DNA of 64,000 nucleotides from Zygnema circumcarinatum SAG 698-1b (taxonomy: Eukaryota; Plantae; Zygnematophyceae). The notes under the pieces are model-generated. The model searched no databases. It was given only the letters and a program-made list of their open reading frames with translations, and was not told the DNA's origin. A program made the position numbers and the translations under genes. Shown piece by piece: positions 23,737 through 39,954 of the stretch. The DNA lies in assembly GCA_037447605.1 (NCBI GenBank), contig CM074804.1, positions 806,001 to 870,000 of the forward strand. The letters run 5' to 3'. Numbering within the stretch: position 1 is the first letter of the stretch; each line of letters starts with the position of its first letter.

Positions 23737-26596
23737 GCAGGTCTACCGAGGTTGAACATCGCCATTCCAAGCCCAGTTTTCGCTACAATGTCGACCGAAT
23801 ACTTCAGAATCTTGGGGTATCCAAAGTCAGCCCTGTTTCTATGCAACCCTCGGTAAGTCAGGCAACACAGACGATTCTGTAAAACATGCGACATGGAACT
23901 GTCAGGGCACCCTAATCTCTTCTTGGCATAGAACCCTAATTTCTCCTAAGTGAGGTTTCTTCTCTCACCCGAATGATAGCAGGGAGTAAGCCACTCCCGC
24001 AAAGCCCGACCACAACATCACATTTCTGAGAAGCTTCCTCCCCAAAAGCAGAAGAATCATCCTCCCCATTTTCCGCTCCTCCGCTTTGCTCATGTCTTTT
24101 CTCGGAACCATCTCAGAAACTTCCTGCCTTCTGACTTCATCCTTGACTGCTTCGCTCTCTTCTCCATTTACATGAGATGTATGAATACTGTCGTTACGAT
24201 CATTAATGATACCACTCTCATGGTTATTATTATAATTAATATCGATATTAAAAGTAACAGAATTCTCACTAGTAGTAGCTTTATTGATACTATCTATGGA
24301 TTTCTCCGGCTCTGCCTCCTCCATCACTACGAGGTTTGCTTCTGTTCCTTTACCCGCGCAGTCGGAAAAGTTTTCTCTGCCCCCATTTTGCTGCCCCAAC
24401 TCGGAACTTGGGTTTTTCCCCTCATCCAAAACGAGTTGCAAAGTGTTTCGCTCCATCGTCATGGCTCGAAAACTTTCTTCGCGAGCTGCCCGAAACTCAA
24501 GAAAAATTGAGATGGCTATGAACCAGACTGCAATCTAGATTCACGGAAAGAACAGCAAAAAACAATAGAGCATCTTGAAAAAAATTACGATCCAAACCAT
24601 CATAACAAGATGGTCCATCTGAAACAAAAGTTCTTCTCAAACTACGAGAATTCTTCAAAGAAAGTAAAAAAGAATGCGAGAGCTAAACATTACAGAACTG
24701 TGACGTTTAGTTTTAGTTTTAGTTTTTTTGGTTTATTATTGTTATACAGAATTTAGTTCTAAGCATAGGAGTTTCCATGCTTACCTGAACCACTACTAGC
24801 TGAGCCATAAGCTCTTCCGCATGTCGGCCATACATGGACCCCAGCACGGGAATACCTGCTTCCCCCCTAATGAAAAAACTTCAAGCACTTCAAAACCAGG
24901 CGATGCAAGTAGCATTCTAAGTCTCTTTAAAAAAACAATATGGTCAATAGAAACAGAAAATTCGGACTTTTTAACTCCACATTCAGAATCTACCTGCTCC
25001 TCAACAAGCCAATGATTGGTTTAGAAAATTTGTATTGTGGTGCTACTATTAGGCTGCCGCTGTCCTAGTCTTCCAATGAAGTGGTACGAAACTCGGAGAA
25101 GGATAAAGACAGGACATTTGAAGTTGGAAGAAGTTCAACGCCCAATAATGAGAGTAAGGGGAAAAGCAGGACAAGTCAGAAAGTCCTAAGGAAAGGTTTC
25201 AAATGGTGGTAACTGCAGACTGACCAATAATGAGAGTGTTGGGAAGAGCGGAAACCATGAAGCTTGTAAGCGCCCAATCAGATGCCCAACTGAGAGAGCG
25301 ATTTCGAGGTCTTAAAAATAGAGCCCATAAGCAGAGAGCCACAAGCACCACGATTTTGGTCGCAGAATCTGCCGCCAAAAGGTGGCCATTAATGTGGTAC
25401 AAATCAGTCGTTGCAATGATCTGATGGAAAAACCGTAGACGTGTGTGAGAGAACGGGAAGAGAGGGCGAGAGAGAAGAGGAGACGAGAGAGCGATAGACA
25501 GGGTGGGGAGAGCCAAAGAGAAAGAGAGAGAGAGAGCGCGAGAGAAAAGGGGAGGGGAAAGGGGAAAAACTGACGCGGGTGCATCCGGGTTTACAAGTGT
25601 CCGCCTACAGAATGCATTAAGGAAAGGGTAAAAGGTGCAAACTATAGCAGAAATGTCAGCCTCATGATATCTAGAATCGCTTCCATAAACGCAAGACTTA
25701 GTGTCTTATTTGTAGTTGAAAGACTGATGAAAAACAAACAAGTGGCGCTAGAGCTTCTTAGTCTGGAGTATTGAAGAGGACACCCACAGAAGTGGGGAAT
25801 TCTCCTAGTGGTCTTGTACAATAGGCTGTATCATCTCAACAGAAAATGGAACATTAAGTATCTCCAAGCGTTGCATATTTTCGCTTGGGCCTAACTTTCA
25901 TCCAAGTTAAGGGACTAATTTGTGAATTGCTGTGTAAATTTATAAGGCTTTAGTATCGACCCAATAAAACGTCTGCGGGTGTGTGAGAGTGAAATAGGGA
26001 AAGGAAAGGAAGACAGGGGAGCCCAGAAGGTGAGAGGGTTAGAGAAGGAAAGGGAGAGAAGAGAGGAATGGAAAAAGGGAAGGGAGGAGGCAGGAAAAGT
26101 ATGGAAGAAAGAGATGCTACTAACACAGAGTGTGGGGATGTCTTTAGAAGCTGCTAAGGATGCGTAGTGCATCCTAATGTGTTTAGCAAAAAGAAATTTT
26201 ACAAAAGTTTAATAAACTCTTTTTCAAGGACAATTGCTTTTGGGTTTTCTTCCGACATACTCATCCTCAGCTTCGACCAGCTCTTTCAATTTTTCCCGGC
26301 CCATGTCATTTACTTCCCCCACCCACATACTCACCATATCTGGGGCTTTCTCCTACCGTGATGAACCTCCCACTCCTTTGCCTTAATTTTATCCTTTGAG
26401 TTACTTCGAGAAAACCACATACCTGGAAGTTAAGAAAGGGCACGGCGAAGAGTGAGACATAGCGGCCCACAGCTGCGCACTGCTCTTCCGAGAAGACGCC
26501 CCAAAAGCGGACAGCGCAGAACCCGAGCGCCATGGCCAGGTACAGCGGAACCATGGCGCTCGCCACTCTGTAGATGTCGTCCCCTCCAATCGCCAT
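22611..26596 (-). CDS. PIN: PIN-family auxin efflux carrier homologue (non-canonical, 8 exons, 464 aa)
   Basis: Exons 26596-26423, 25420-25225, 24855-24785, 24534-23969, 23832-23747, 23567-23410, 23221-23145, 22677-22611 (1395 nt, phases consistent). Motifs: [75 protein letters not shown]. Confidence 0.95.
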
Positions 26597-27641
26597 GGCG
26601 GGTGTGGATGCTTCGCTTTCTTATTTGGGGATGTTCAGGAACGAAATTGGGGAGGAGAGTGCCGCAGGAGGGTGACGAAGGTCGTCATGGCAGAGAGGGA
26701 GAGGGCGGGAGCGGGTGAGGGAGAGAGAGGAGAGCGACATTCTTTGGTTCCTACCGTATGCTGTCATGCTGTACAGTACCTGGCTGTATCCCCTTTTCGG
26801 ACGGTGCACGTTTTTGAAGTCCCAACTTCCCTCCCTGGAAATTATGGTACAGTATTACGGATACATTCAGCAAAGATATGATTTTCAATGGTGCTGCATG
26901 CGCCGGCGTCTCGACTCTTAAGTCGGGCACCTTCTACGCGGAGCTTCAAATTGCTCAGTACATCACTTCCGTGGATTGAAAGGCTATCACTATATCAAAG
27001 GTGCTGCCCTTGTGTTAAGTTAATCATTTTCAGTATGCTCATGGACTCGTTGTTCATAGCAAGTACATGTTCCACGTCGCCCATGCATGTACTTGATGTT
27101 ATTCATGTTTCATGTCCTACTGCATGGGTAATCGCCAAGCCACCGCCCTTCAAGTTTTGAAAAAACCCATTGCAATGCTTTGTGCTAACAACATAACCAA
27201 CAAATTGACAACTTTCTATCACGTAAAGCAAGCGCTTATCATCCTTCTGTTCCACTTTGTATACAACACGGCAAAAACTTGTGAGCACCACATGGAGCAC
27301 CCTCAGCTGCTGGACCCATGTACAATTGACCTGATGGATGTACCTCCTCGTGGTTTCAGACCTGTCCTCTCCTCACCTCTCCCTTCCTACTCTCACCTAC
27401 ACAGATCTATGGCCTGAGGCTCCTTCAAAGCCCAAACGCAGAGGCTGAACTCTGAAGCCATGAGCTACACTTCATCTTCTCAAGAAATAACTTCACAAAG
27501 AAAGAATCTGTGGCCCTGACTACTGCATGTAGCGAGTGGAACTTTTCCACGAAAATTCGCAACCAAGTCCTCTTCGGCTCCTTGGGAATGTCGGAGATAA
27601 GAAAAGAAAGAAAAAGGAAACTTTATTCATTTCTGGGCTGT

Positions 27642-30600
27642 TCAGCCGGTAGAGAGGGTGTAGGACCAGAAGCTCTCTGAGCCGGGAGTTGTGAAAAGGC
27701 TCCCCCTTGAAATAGACCCTCTATTAGCTTCCATAGGGGGAGAAGAGGCACACATGGATCCTGGATTTGGGTTAGCTGTAACTTCCCAATCCGAATTCTG
27801 CCATTGTGAAGGCCTGCAACTCCCACATATATAGCCCAGGATTTAGTTCACGCTGAACTGGACTGAACGTATGGAACCACCTACATAGAAAACGATGTTC
27901 TTCTACCAGCAACTGTCCTACAGTGTTGCTCTCTCACATGGAGCTTTGTGTTATGCATATGAGACTCACCACCTTTGAACCTCGCGATGTTCGAGAATGT
28001 TCTGAGAGTGTGTTGGATAGTTTGGTCGCAGCGCCTCCTCCATCGCCCTCCCTCTTGCTCCAGGTGGTAGGTCCATGCTGTTCTGTGTGCTGCTCTCCCC
28101 AGTCGCATTACGAGAACAATAAGAAAATGAGCGGTCCTTCATGTTCTCAACTCTTAGAAAAACTCTCTTAACCCACATTAAGGACCTGAATCTGATTCTG
28201 TCAGCTACCTTCAAAAGAGGGAATACATGTGGGAAGAAGCAACTTGTTACATATGTATAATTTGTGCGTTTCATAAATTATAGCAAATGTGGTTTAAATA
28301 AGCACCCTATTAATCACATGCAAGGCTGAAACTATCTCCATTTCACGACAACGAAAAACTCATCAACACAACCGTTAGAAAGGAGATGTCCTGACCTCAA
28401 CCACTTGTTGACGGCAGAACTTTCGTAGGAATGTCCGTCCATAGTAACTCCAAAGTCATGCAAAACCTCAGGCTTTCTGTAAGCTGTGAACTCCGGATAT
28501 GGCGATTGCATGCTTTCGGAACCATCCCAAAACGCAGCACTTGTGTGAAGGGGCCCCTGACTCCACTCCCCCATGCTCCACTCATCTGCTAAATACCTTG
28601 TGTCCTGCTTAGGGCTCAAAAAGGTGGGATAAGTCGAGGTAGCTGAGGGAGCGAGAGGAAAGGAGGGGGGTACTGGTGGGAGGGTGGTCGCACGCCATTG
28701 GCTGTGCTGGTCAAACGGATCTGACGAGAGGCTGGGAGGGAAATATCCCACTTGTGGGAGAAAAGTTTCCATGTTCTGAATGGGGTCAATATCCTGCATA
28801 GCACTTGCGGAAGTTGCGTTGAGAGTGGTTGATTTGAGAGCTTCTAGGTTTAGTTCAGGAGCTTTCCACATCTCCCATTTGGAGGGGATTGTTGCCACCT
28901 CCCCTGTGGGTTCTGACAGAATGGAGGTTCCTTCCAGACAGACATCTGTTGAAGAAGATCCCAACGATGCTTTATCTGTCGCAGAAAGGATGATGTCTAC
29001 AGTGGAGCGAGGAGAGGCTGTCGAGGATTGGAATGCAGACTCAAGTGATTGCTCCTGTTCTGAATGGTAAGCGATTGGTTGAGGAGGGATGGAGGGATTG
29101 ATATACATGGCACTTGAAGTGCCCAGGGGAGTGGGTGCGGGAGACCTAGAGGTGGGCTGTAGGTTCTGAGAGTCTTCTTGTGTAGGGATGGAGTAAACTG
29201 CTTTGGGAAAGCGACCTTCACTTGGGCCAAACATGGAGGGAGAGGGGGAAGGGGAGGTCTCGCAGGGTAATTTGTCGGAGAGGGAGGAAGGTAGAGTGTG
29301 CTGATAAAGAGGAACCTGAAGAGAGAACAGAGAACAGAGAATGACAACACGTGGACAAGGAAGATCAAAAATTTGACCAGATAAGGTCATCAATGACACA
29401 GAAAACTATACAGTTTCTAGGTACTTTGATGCATTAGCACGTGCTGCTCTACAGTTTGGAGTCTTTCTGACATAGAGATCATGTTAGATTGCGTATGACC
29501 TCTCTGTCCTTGGGAGAAATGCCATGTCTCCCACAGCAAGTTTGACAATCTGCATCTCATAGCCCTTCTTGGGTTTTCAAGGATTCCGGGGGTTTTCTAT
29601 ACTTAGCTACTCATCCTGTCTAGATCAAGGTGAACATATAGAATGAGTCCCCTAAACCTAAGCCTATCCTTAAAAACTGACTAGTTCCTTAGCCTGCAAA
29701 AGCAGATTAGCAGGGAAGCAAAACACCGCATCTCTAGAATAACTTCACGTGCTAGCTTGATCAGAAAATCTGCTGAATACAGTCACAGGAGCTTTAACCA
29801 ATGACGAAGGCAATCCTTCTTTCCCTGGCCTTGTAAACTCTACAAATGGTTGAAAATGTTGCCATTCTCAAGTTATTTCCATGAATTGGACAATTATGAG
29901 GGCTTTCAATGCATGACTAGCCTGCACTGCCAAAAAGTGACTGCTCCACTTTCACCGTTTCTGTATGTCTTAAGTGATCCATGGAATCCCATGTCTTTCT
30001 AACCTGATATCAACAAACCCATATGAGGTTTAAGGAATGAAATATCACAAGAAACTATATCCTACTAGCATTAGCCCACTTACCGTCGTGCATGAATCCT
30101 CTTCCGTTGTCAAACTGTTGCTATGATCCAATCCATTCGCCATGCTCTGCAAGGTTTTGAGGCTCCCTTTCCGACCAGCCTCACTCTGCTCCTCAGGCAC
30201 CAGCGAATGTAATTCTTGAGCCGAAACACCGTTGGCAGTATGATTTTTCTCAGAACTTGATGTCAAAACTTCATTTCCTGGCACCACAGGCTTCCACACA
30301 TTAGTTATAGGATTTGTCGCCCAAGCAGACGCTGGTCGAACCCAAGCGGACGTGCCACTTATCGCGCTGCCAGTGGCTGTAGTTTTAACATTTGCATTAG
30401 CACTTGTGGCGGGAGGTCGGCTACTCTTTACGGTGGAAACAGCTGCTCTCCCACTCCCACAAGTGGGCACTCGAGCTTGTCCAATGGAGCCACCTTTCAA
30501 ATTGCAGCCAGTTGGAGTTCCTGGAAATTTTGTAGGTGGTAAGGAACTCCCTTTAGCCACTGTTGGCACTACCGGAGTTGCCGTTCTTCCATTCTGTTTA

Positions 30601-31622
30601 CTTCGTAAAGTCACTCCCTTTGCTGCTGCTTGGCCTGCTCCTACCTCTCCAAAATCTTGTCCAGGCTTAGGGCTAAGGGCCACTCCAGCACTAGGGGCAG
30701 GTCTCTTCAGCTCAGTTTTCTTCCCCTCCCCTTCCAAACTCCGCTTCTCCCCTCTCCTCTCCGTTTCGCTTCTATCTCTCTCCTTCAATGCCTGTCTTCT
30801 CTCCGGCTCCTTCACCTTCTTCGCCTCCCTCTTCTTCTCAACTACTCCCCCTCGCTGATTCTCCCTCCGCTCGTCCTCCGCATCTCTCGCACGCCGCCTC
30901 TCCTCAACCAACCTCGCTACCTCCTCCCGCTGCCTCCTCTCCTCCGCCTCCCTCTGCTCCCTTTCCAGCCTCGCCACCCTCCTTTCCTCCGCCTTCCTTC
31001 TCGCCCTTTCTACCCTCCCACCCCCTCCCTCCTCCTTTTGCTGCCCCTTCTGCCCCCTCCCATCCTCTCCCCCCTCTCTTCCCCCCTTCCTCCACCATCC
31101 CCACACTTGACAAACGTATCCACACACCACCTCCTTAGCCCTAAAAATCCGTGGCGCCTTCTGAGCCAGCTGCTGCCAGTCTATTGGCCACCCCTTTCCC
31201 CCCTGCACCACCTTCCCTGCAGTGTCCAAAACCGGCCTCCTCGAAGCATGTCCGCATGCATAGCACGTGTACTTCCCGTCGGGGGGAGCCTGTTCCCTGT
31301 ACGCCACGTGGCAGTTTCTGCACCTTCTAGTCGCTTCTTTGCGGAGCTTTGCAGCCTGATGTGCTTGTATCCTGCGTTGTTCCCGTAGCTCCGCTGCCCT
31401 GTGAGTGCGCCACGTGTGCAGACGCGGCATGGCGAGCTCGTACCAGGCGAGGGAGAGGAGGAGGACGGCTGCGCAGGCGACACGTGGCGAGGTGACTTCA
31501 AAGCGCCAGCCTGGGGGGAGGAGCTGGGAGAGAGCCCATAGGAGAAGGAGAGGGAGAACAAGAGCAGGCAGCATGAGGGAGACGCGGAGAGAGCCTCGGG
31601 AGGCCGCACAGAGGACGCACAT
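27642..31622 (-). CDS. Conserved plant TM/C4 zinc-finger/coiled-coil protein (At3g51640/At3g51650 'stress response NST1-like' family) with a degenerate U-box near the C-terminus; 4 exons
   Basis: N-terminus MCVLC...LWALSQLLPPGWRFEVTSPRVAC...WYELAMP...LRKEATRRCRNCH...CYACGHASRRPVLD. Exon 1 is 31622-30084, exon 2 ~29315-28396 ends with DGHSYESSAVNKWL, exon 3 ~28089-27974, and the last exon ends GSLFTTPGSESFWSYTLSTG*. Confidence 0.8.
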
Positions 31623-31751
31623 TGAGCTCTCTCCCTCCCCCGCGTCTCTTCTTGCCCCCTCCGCCTCCTTTCCTTGGCTCCCCCACTCTCTCTCACACAC
31701 ACACTCTTCCTCCCTATCTCTCTTCGCCTCTCTCTCCTCCCACTTCCTCAC

Positions 31752-32010
31752 TTCTCCCTCTCCCTCTCCCTCTCCTTCTACCTCTCCCTCTCCCTCCCCT
31801 TCTCCCTCTCCCTCTCCCTCTCCCTCTCCCTCTCCCTCTCCGTCTCCCTCTCCGTCTCCCTCTCCGTCTCCCTCTCCCTCTCCCTCTCCCTCTCCCTCTC
31901 CCTCTCCCTCTCCCTCTCNNNNNNNNNNCGTCTCCCTCTCCGTCTCCCTCTCCGTCTCCCTCTCCCTCTCCCTCTCCCTCTCCCTCTCCCTCTCCCTCTC
32001 CCTCTCTCTC
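31752..32010. repeat. (CTCCCT)n hexamer microsatellite upstream of the gene at 31622; contains a 10-N gap
   Basis: Directly visible. It generates the spurious EG/RG/SP repeat ORFs. Confidence 0.9.
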
Positions 32011-33176
32011 CCCGCCAGCTGGCACAACCCTAGCTGTCCGGCGACGGCAGTGAGTGAGAGCATTCAAATGGTCCCCCCCCTCATCCCCATTTGCGATTTT
32101 CCAAAAATTTAGGGCCCAACTATTTCCCGCTTTGGTCCCTGCCCGCCCCCCGCGGCGCGCCGGCCAATCAGCGCGCGGCGCGCCAGATCTCGCACAGGGC
32201 CGCCGCCCCTACGGCCGTAGGGGGGACGCCGTCACTTGTCCATGCAGTCACAGTTACAGTCTCACAGTTCACAGGGCGCTCTATGGTATCGTATGGGATA
32301 ATCCTTGGCTCGTGTCACTGACTGCGAACTGAACGGCGAGGCATGTGCACATGGGCGGGCCAGCACATGCGTCCATGCATGTGTCATATGGTGTGGATGT
32401 GCGGCTGCTGCTTTGATGTCATGAATGCCGCACAAGGGGAGATGAGGGTGAGGGGATCACACCCCATCACACCTCTGCATGAGGGTGTGATGTGTGGAGG
32501 GGATTGGTCGCAACATGGCGATGCCATCCGAGGTACAAAGACAAGGACAAGGACATGACGCAGAACCACGGCTACTGCTGCTGGGGTTGTTTTGGGTGTT
32601 GGTAGTACTGCAGGTACATGTAAATTCATGTGTCAATGTCCATGTATGCAACTTACGTGTCTAACATGTATGTGCTTGCTTTCAAATGACGCATACGAAG
32701 TATTGATGAAAATCAAGGCCATCTTAAGCATCCTCCATTTCAGAAATGGGGAAGGGAAAAACGGTGTATGAACACGTGAGGAAAGCACTGCTCGTTCTCC
32801 TTTTGAGAAACACCTTTATCTCCCTAAAGCTTTTTGGTACTATACAGACACAATGGAACTGCAGGTCGAGGACACTAGACCTAAAAGCCGTAATCAAACA
32901 GAACATGCTCAGAAGTAGTTCTCTAAACTTAGCACCTAATCGAATCTGACGGGCTGCCGCGTGGCGTGTTGATGGCAATTGCCTCTATTCCGACTCAAAG
33001 CACATAAGGACAAATCAGAAAATAATGTGAAACTATCGAAAGGAAACGTGACGCTCTCACTCACGTTTTCCTTTACTCGAACACCATTTGATAAGCTGCT
33101 CACTTACTGGTGGCTAGGATGCAAATCTCCATTACGTAGCAATACCTAATGGCTGAGTGCATTTACGCCTTCGCAT

Positions 33177-34384
33177 TCATGGCTTCGCCTCTTCTGAACC
33201 TCTCAAAACAGTGTTCTTCGCTGCATTTGGCCGAGGGGGTGCAGGCAAAATTCCAACAATGCCCAGCAACCGTTTAACGGTATCGGACGGTTGCGCTCCA
33301 ACAGATAGCCAATATCTGCATGCAGAACGAGAGAGGGAGAGTGAGTGTGAGAGTGAGAGATGATTACGAAGGTAAACTGCTTCCACGTGATTCGCTGGAC
33401 AATATAAGTACCGAAGCGCAGAAATACTTTCAAAATTTACAGTAGGTAATAGCAAACGCCTGGCCCTACAACTCTGACATTCAAAACCCTTAAAAACCCT
33501 GAAGAAGTTCCAGCCAGACCTAAGTCCAGGTTAACAGTTAGCACGTTGGGTTGTCTCAGTCGGTGGAAAAGGCAAAATTTCTCGCCCTTTTGTCGGTGAA
33601 TCAAGCAGAACATCTTCCCGTACAGTTCTAGTAAAAGTGAAATCAAATAACGAAGAGAGCCGTGCAGAATGCATCCTCTGTACAGTACTTGGTTGGAAAG
33701 CGACAGAAAGAACGCAAATTTAAGCCAAAATTGCCAAAAAATCATAATTTAAATCTACATAAATGTAACTTAAGATGTCGAACTCACTTCACTCGTTCTG
33801 AATTGATGCCAATTCGCTTTAATCCATCTTTTCCTGCAAAGATTTGCGAACTCCAATACTATGTAAGCTTCGGTTTTTGAGCAAAAGGTGCCTAATGTAC
33901 CTCTTTGATTAAGGGGAATTCAAAAGGGCAATGAGAGCAACGAGCGGAGAGAGAAAAGGGAGAAAGGGAGGAGAGGGCATGAGCGACAGATGGAGATCGA
34001 TACGCGAGGAAGAGAGAGAGAGAGAGAGAGAAAAAAAAGGGAGAGTAACGGACACTCTGCGAGTAAGACACTCCGCGGAGGGGAAAAACGAGTGAGAGAG
34101 AAACCGAGAGAGAGAGAGGGGGGCATGGGCAGGGGCGGACGGGAGGGGTCAACAGGTGCAGACGATACCGAGGCACTGCAAAATTTCAAAAAAGCAAAGA
34201 AACTGCGTAGGAAGCGGCAGGAGAGTTAGGGGGAAGAGGGGAAGGGAGTACCGGGCAGGGGCGAGTAGTGGCCGAGCTGCTCGAGGAACCGGCCGTCCCT
34301 CGGCGAGCGGCTGTCGGCGGCGGTGAGGCGGTATGCGGCCAGGCCCCGCCGCCCCACGCGCGCTAGCCGCAGCCGCACCGTCAT
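33177..34384 (-). CDS. RPS16: Nuclear-encoded organellar 30S ribosomal protein S16, 3 exons
   Basis: MTVRLRLARVGRRGLAAYRLTAADSRSPRDGRFLEQLGHYSPLP (34384-34252) | GKDGLKRIGINSERVK (~33833-33788) | YWLSVGAQPSDTVKRLL...EAKP* (~33315-33177). Confidence 0.93.
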
Positions 34385-34667
34385 GGCGGCTCCCGCGGGA
34401 GGGCGCGCAGAGAAGGGGAAGGGGAAAAGGGAAGGAGAATGGAGAGGGAAATGGAGAGGGAAGGGAGGGGAGGGAGGGAGGGGAGGGAGGGAGGGGGAGG
34501 GAGGGAGGGGGAGGGAGTGGAGGGAGGGGGAGGGAGGAGGGGGAGGGAGGGAGGGGAGGGAGGGAGGGAGGGGGAGGGAGGGAGGGAGGGAGGGAGGGAG
34601 GGAGGGAGGGAGGGGAGAAGTCTGAAAAAAGAATTTAAGTAAATATTTAACTTCAAGAATGGTTATC

Positions 34668-34739
34668 GTCGGTGTAGTTTAGTGGTTAGAATTCCACGTT
34701 GTGGCCGTGGAGACCTGGGCTCGAATCCCAGCACCGACA
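34668..34739 (+). tRNA. tRNA-His (GTG)
   Basis: GTCGGTGTAGTTTAGTGGTTAGAATTCCACGTTGTGGCCGTGGAGACCTGGGCTCGAATCCCAGCACCGACA. Paired acceptor stem, GTG anticodon, near-identical to plant cytosolic tRNA-His. Confidence 0.96.
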
Positions 34740-34758
34740 TCAACCCTAGATCAATTCG

Positions 34759-34764
34759 TTTTTT
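34759..34764 (+). terminator. Pol III oligo-T terminator of tRNA-His
   Basis: T6 tract ~20 nt downstream of the tRNA. Confidence 0.7.
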
Positions 34765-35435
34765 TAAATGTTCTTAATGAAGAGCTGCAGAAACAGTTTT
34801 TGGAGTGTTCGTTGGTCTGGCCATCGTGAGATCACTGCCACTTCAATTCCTCGTTTTTGAGCCATGCAAAGCGATGCTCTGGTTTTGGCCTCCGTCAAAG
34901 GCGCTCTCTTTGTCGGATTGAAGAGGTTTGTTCGTAGTCTTTCATGCATTCACAGACCATTGGTGACCGGTTCACATTGGCTCTACATATATGGTTCTGT
35001 GTTTCACCAAGTGCATTATTGCATGGCTCACGTTCAAGGTTAGAACAATGGTGAAGCTAGCTCGACAGGTAGCGTGACGACATCCTTCCAGTTTGTTCCA
35101 TTGCCAAATCTTGGGAAATTTTGGGAGTTTAAATAACCTAAGGGAGGCCTAGGCAAGTTTATGCTCTATGTTCTGATGTTCAACAGATTGATATTCTTGT
35201 TGAAGCATAAAGCAGCCCACCACAACAATTTCTGAGCATGCACAATCGAGTCAATCTGCTCCTAAGTCTCGTTCACTCCAAAGTGCATACGTGGCTTGCT
35301 TGCATGGCCCTGCATGCCGCCGGCGTGCAGAACGAGGCTGAGCGATGGGACAGGGGAAGACTCTCACGCCTTCCGAATTGCCGGACCAAAGGAAACTTGT
35401 ATGAGGTCGCGCTTCGCGCTTCGTTTCTTGCAGCC

Positions 35436-39189
<3,754 letters not shown>

Positions 39190-39954
39190 GCAGTCATGGT
39201 AGAGTATGTGCTAAATACTTTTAGGTCCTTTCATAGACGGACGAACCACAGAATCATCCGTCCAATGCGAAAAGAGAAAGCTTTTTTTAATGGAAGTAGT
39301 GAGTTGCAAGGTGTGGTTTGTCCACACCTTGCAAAAGGGAAAGTTTCTTAGCTGACTAAAGCAGATTGGGTTTAACAAACTTTGACCTCGCTTTGACCCT
39401 CGCCCCACAATCTCAAGTCTCGTGAGATTCTTGGAAATCTCATCGTATTTCAAATGGTTCAATTACAAAAAATGGGTTTGCTTCAATTGCAACATTTCTA
39501 AGATAAACAGGCTATTCGTCATATTATACATTGAAGACGTAATTTATGTTCTAAATGCAACATTCCAAAACGTTACCATTGAGTTGCACCATAACGAGTA
39601 CATGGCTTTACTCTATAAATTTCTACAATCACGCTTGCATCCGCCCACAAATCGATACCCTCCCATAAATCAGAAAGCAGCCTCTTCTCATGTTCGCAAG
39701 CTCTAGTCCCTGCAGCCAAACCACCTCGCCTTTCCAACAGCTGCTAGACCACATAGAACACCCACTCCGTTCTCCTGCCTTACGCAGTCCTGAAGCCATC
39801 ACAGCACCCTCCGACAGGACCAAGCACACATCCCGAATGTAACAGTCCAAGTTCGAACGTTGCACTGGTAAATAACCAGATCTTCATGTACAAAGTTGAG
39901 GTGGATTATGGCAGACAGACATACGCTCCATCGTGGCCATTGTCATTTTTGTGG

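Noticed and set aside
31623-32112. N-terminal ER/EG-repeat extension of the 672-aa ORF and the overlapping SP/RG-repeat ORFs
   Set aside because: These are translations of a hexamer microsatellite spanning an N gap. The family-conserved start is MCVLC at 31622.
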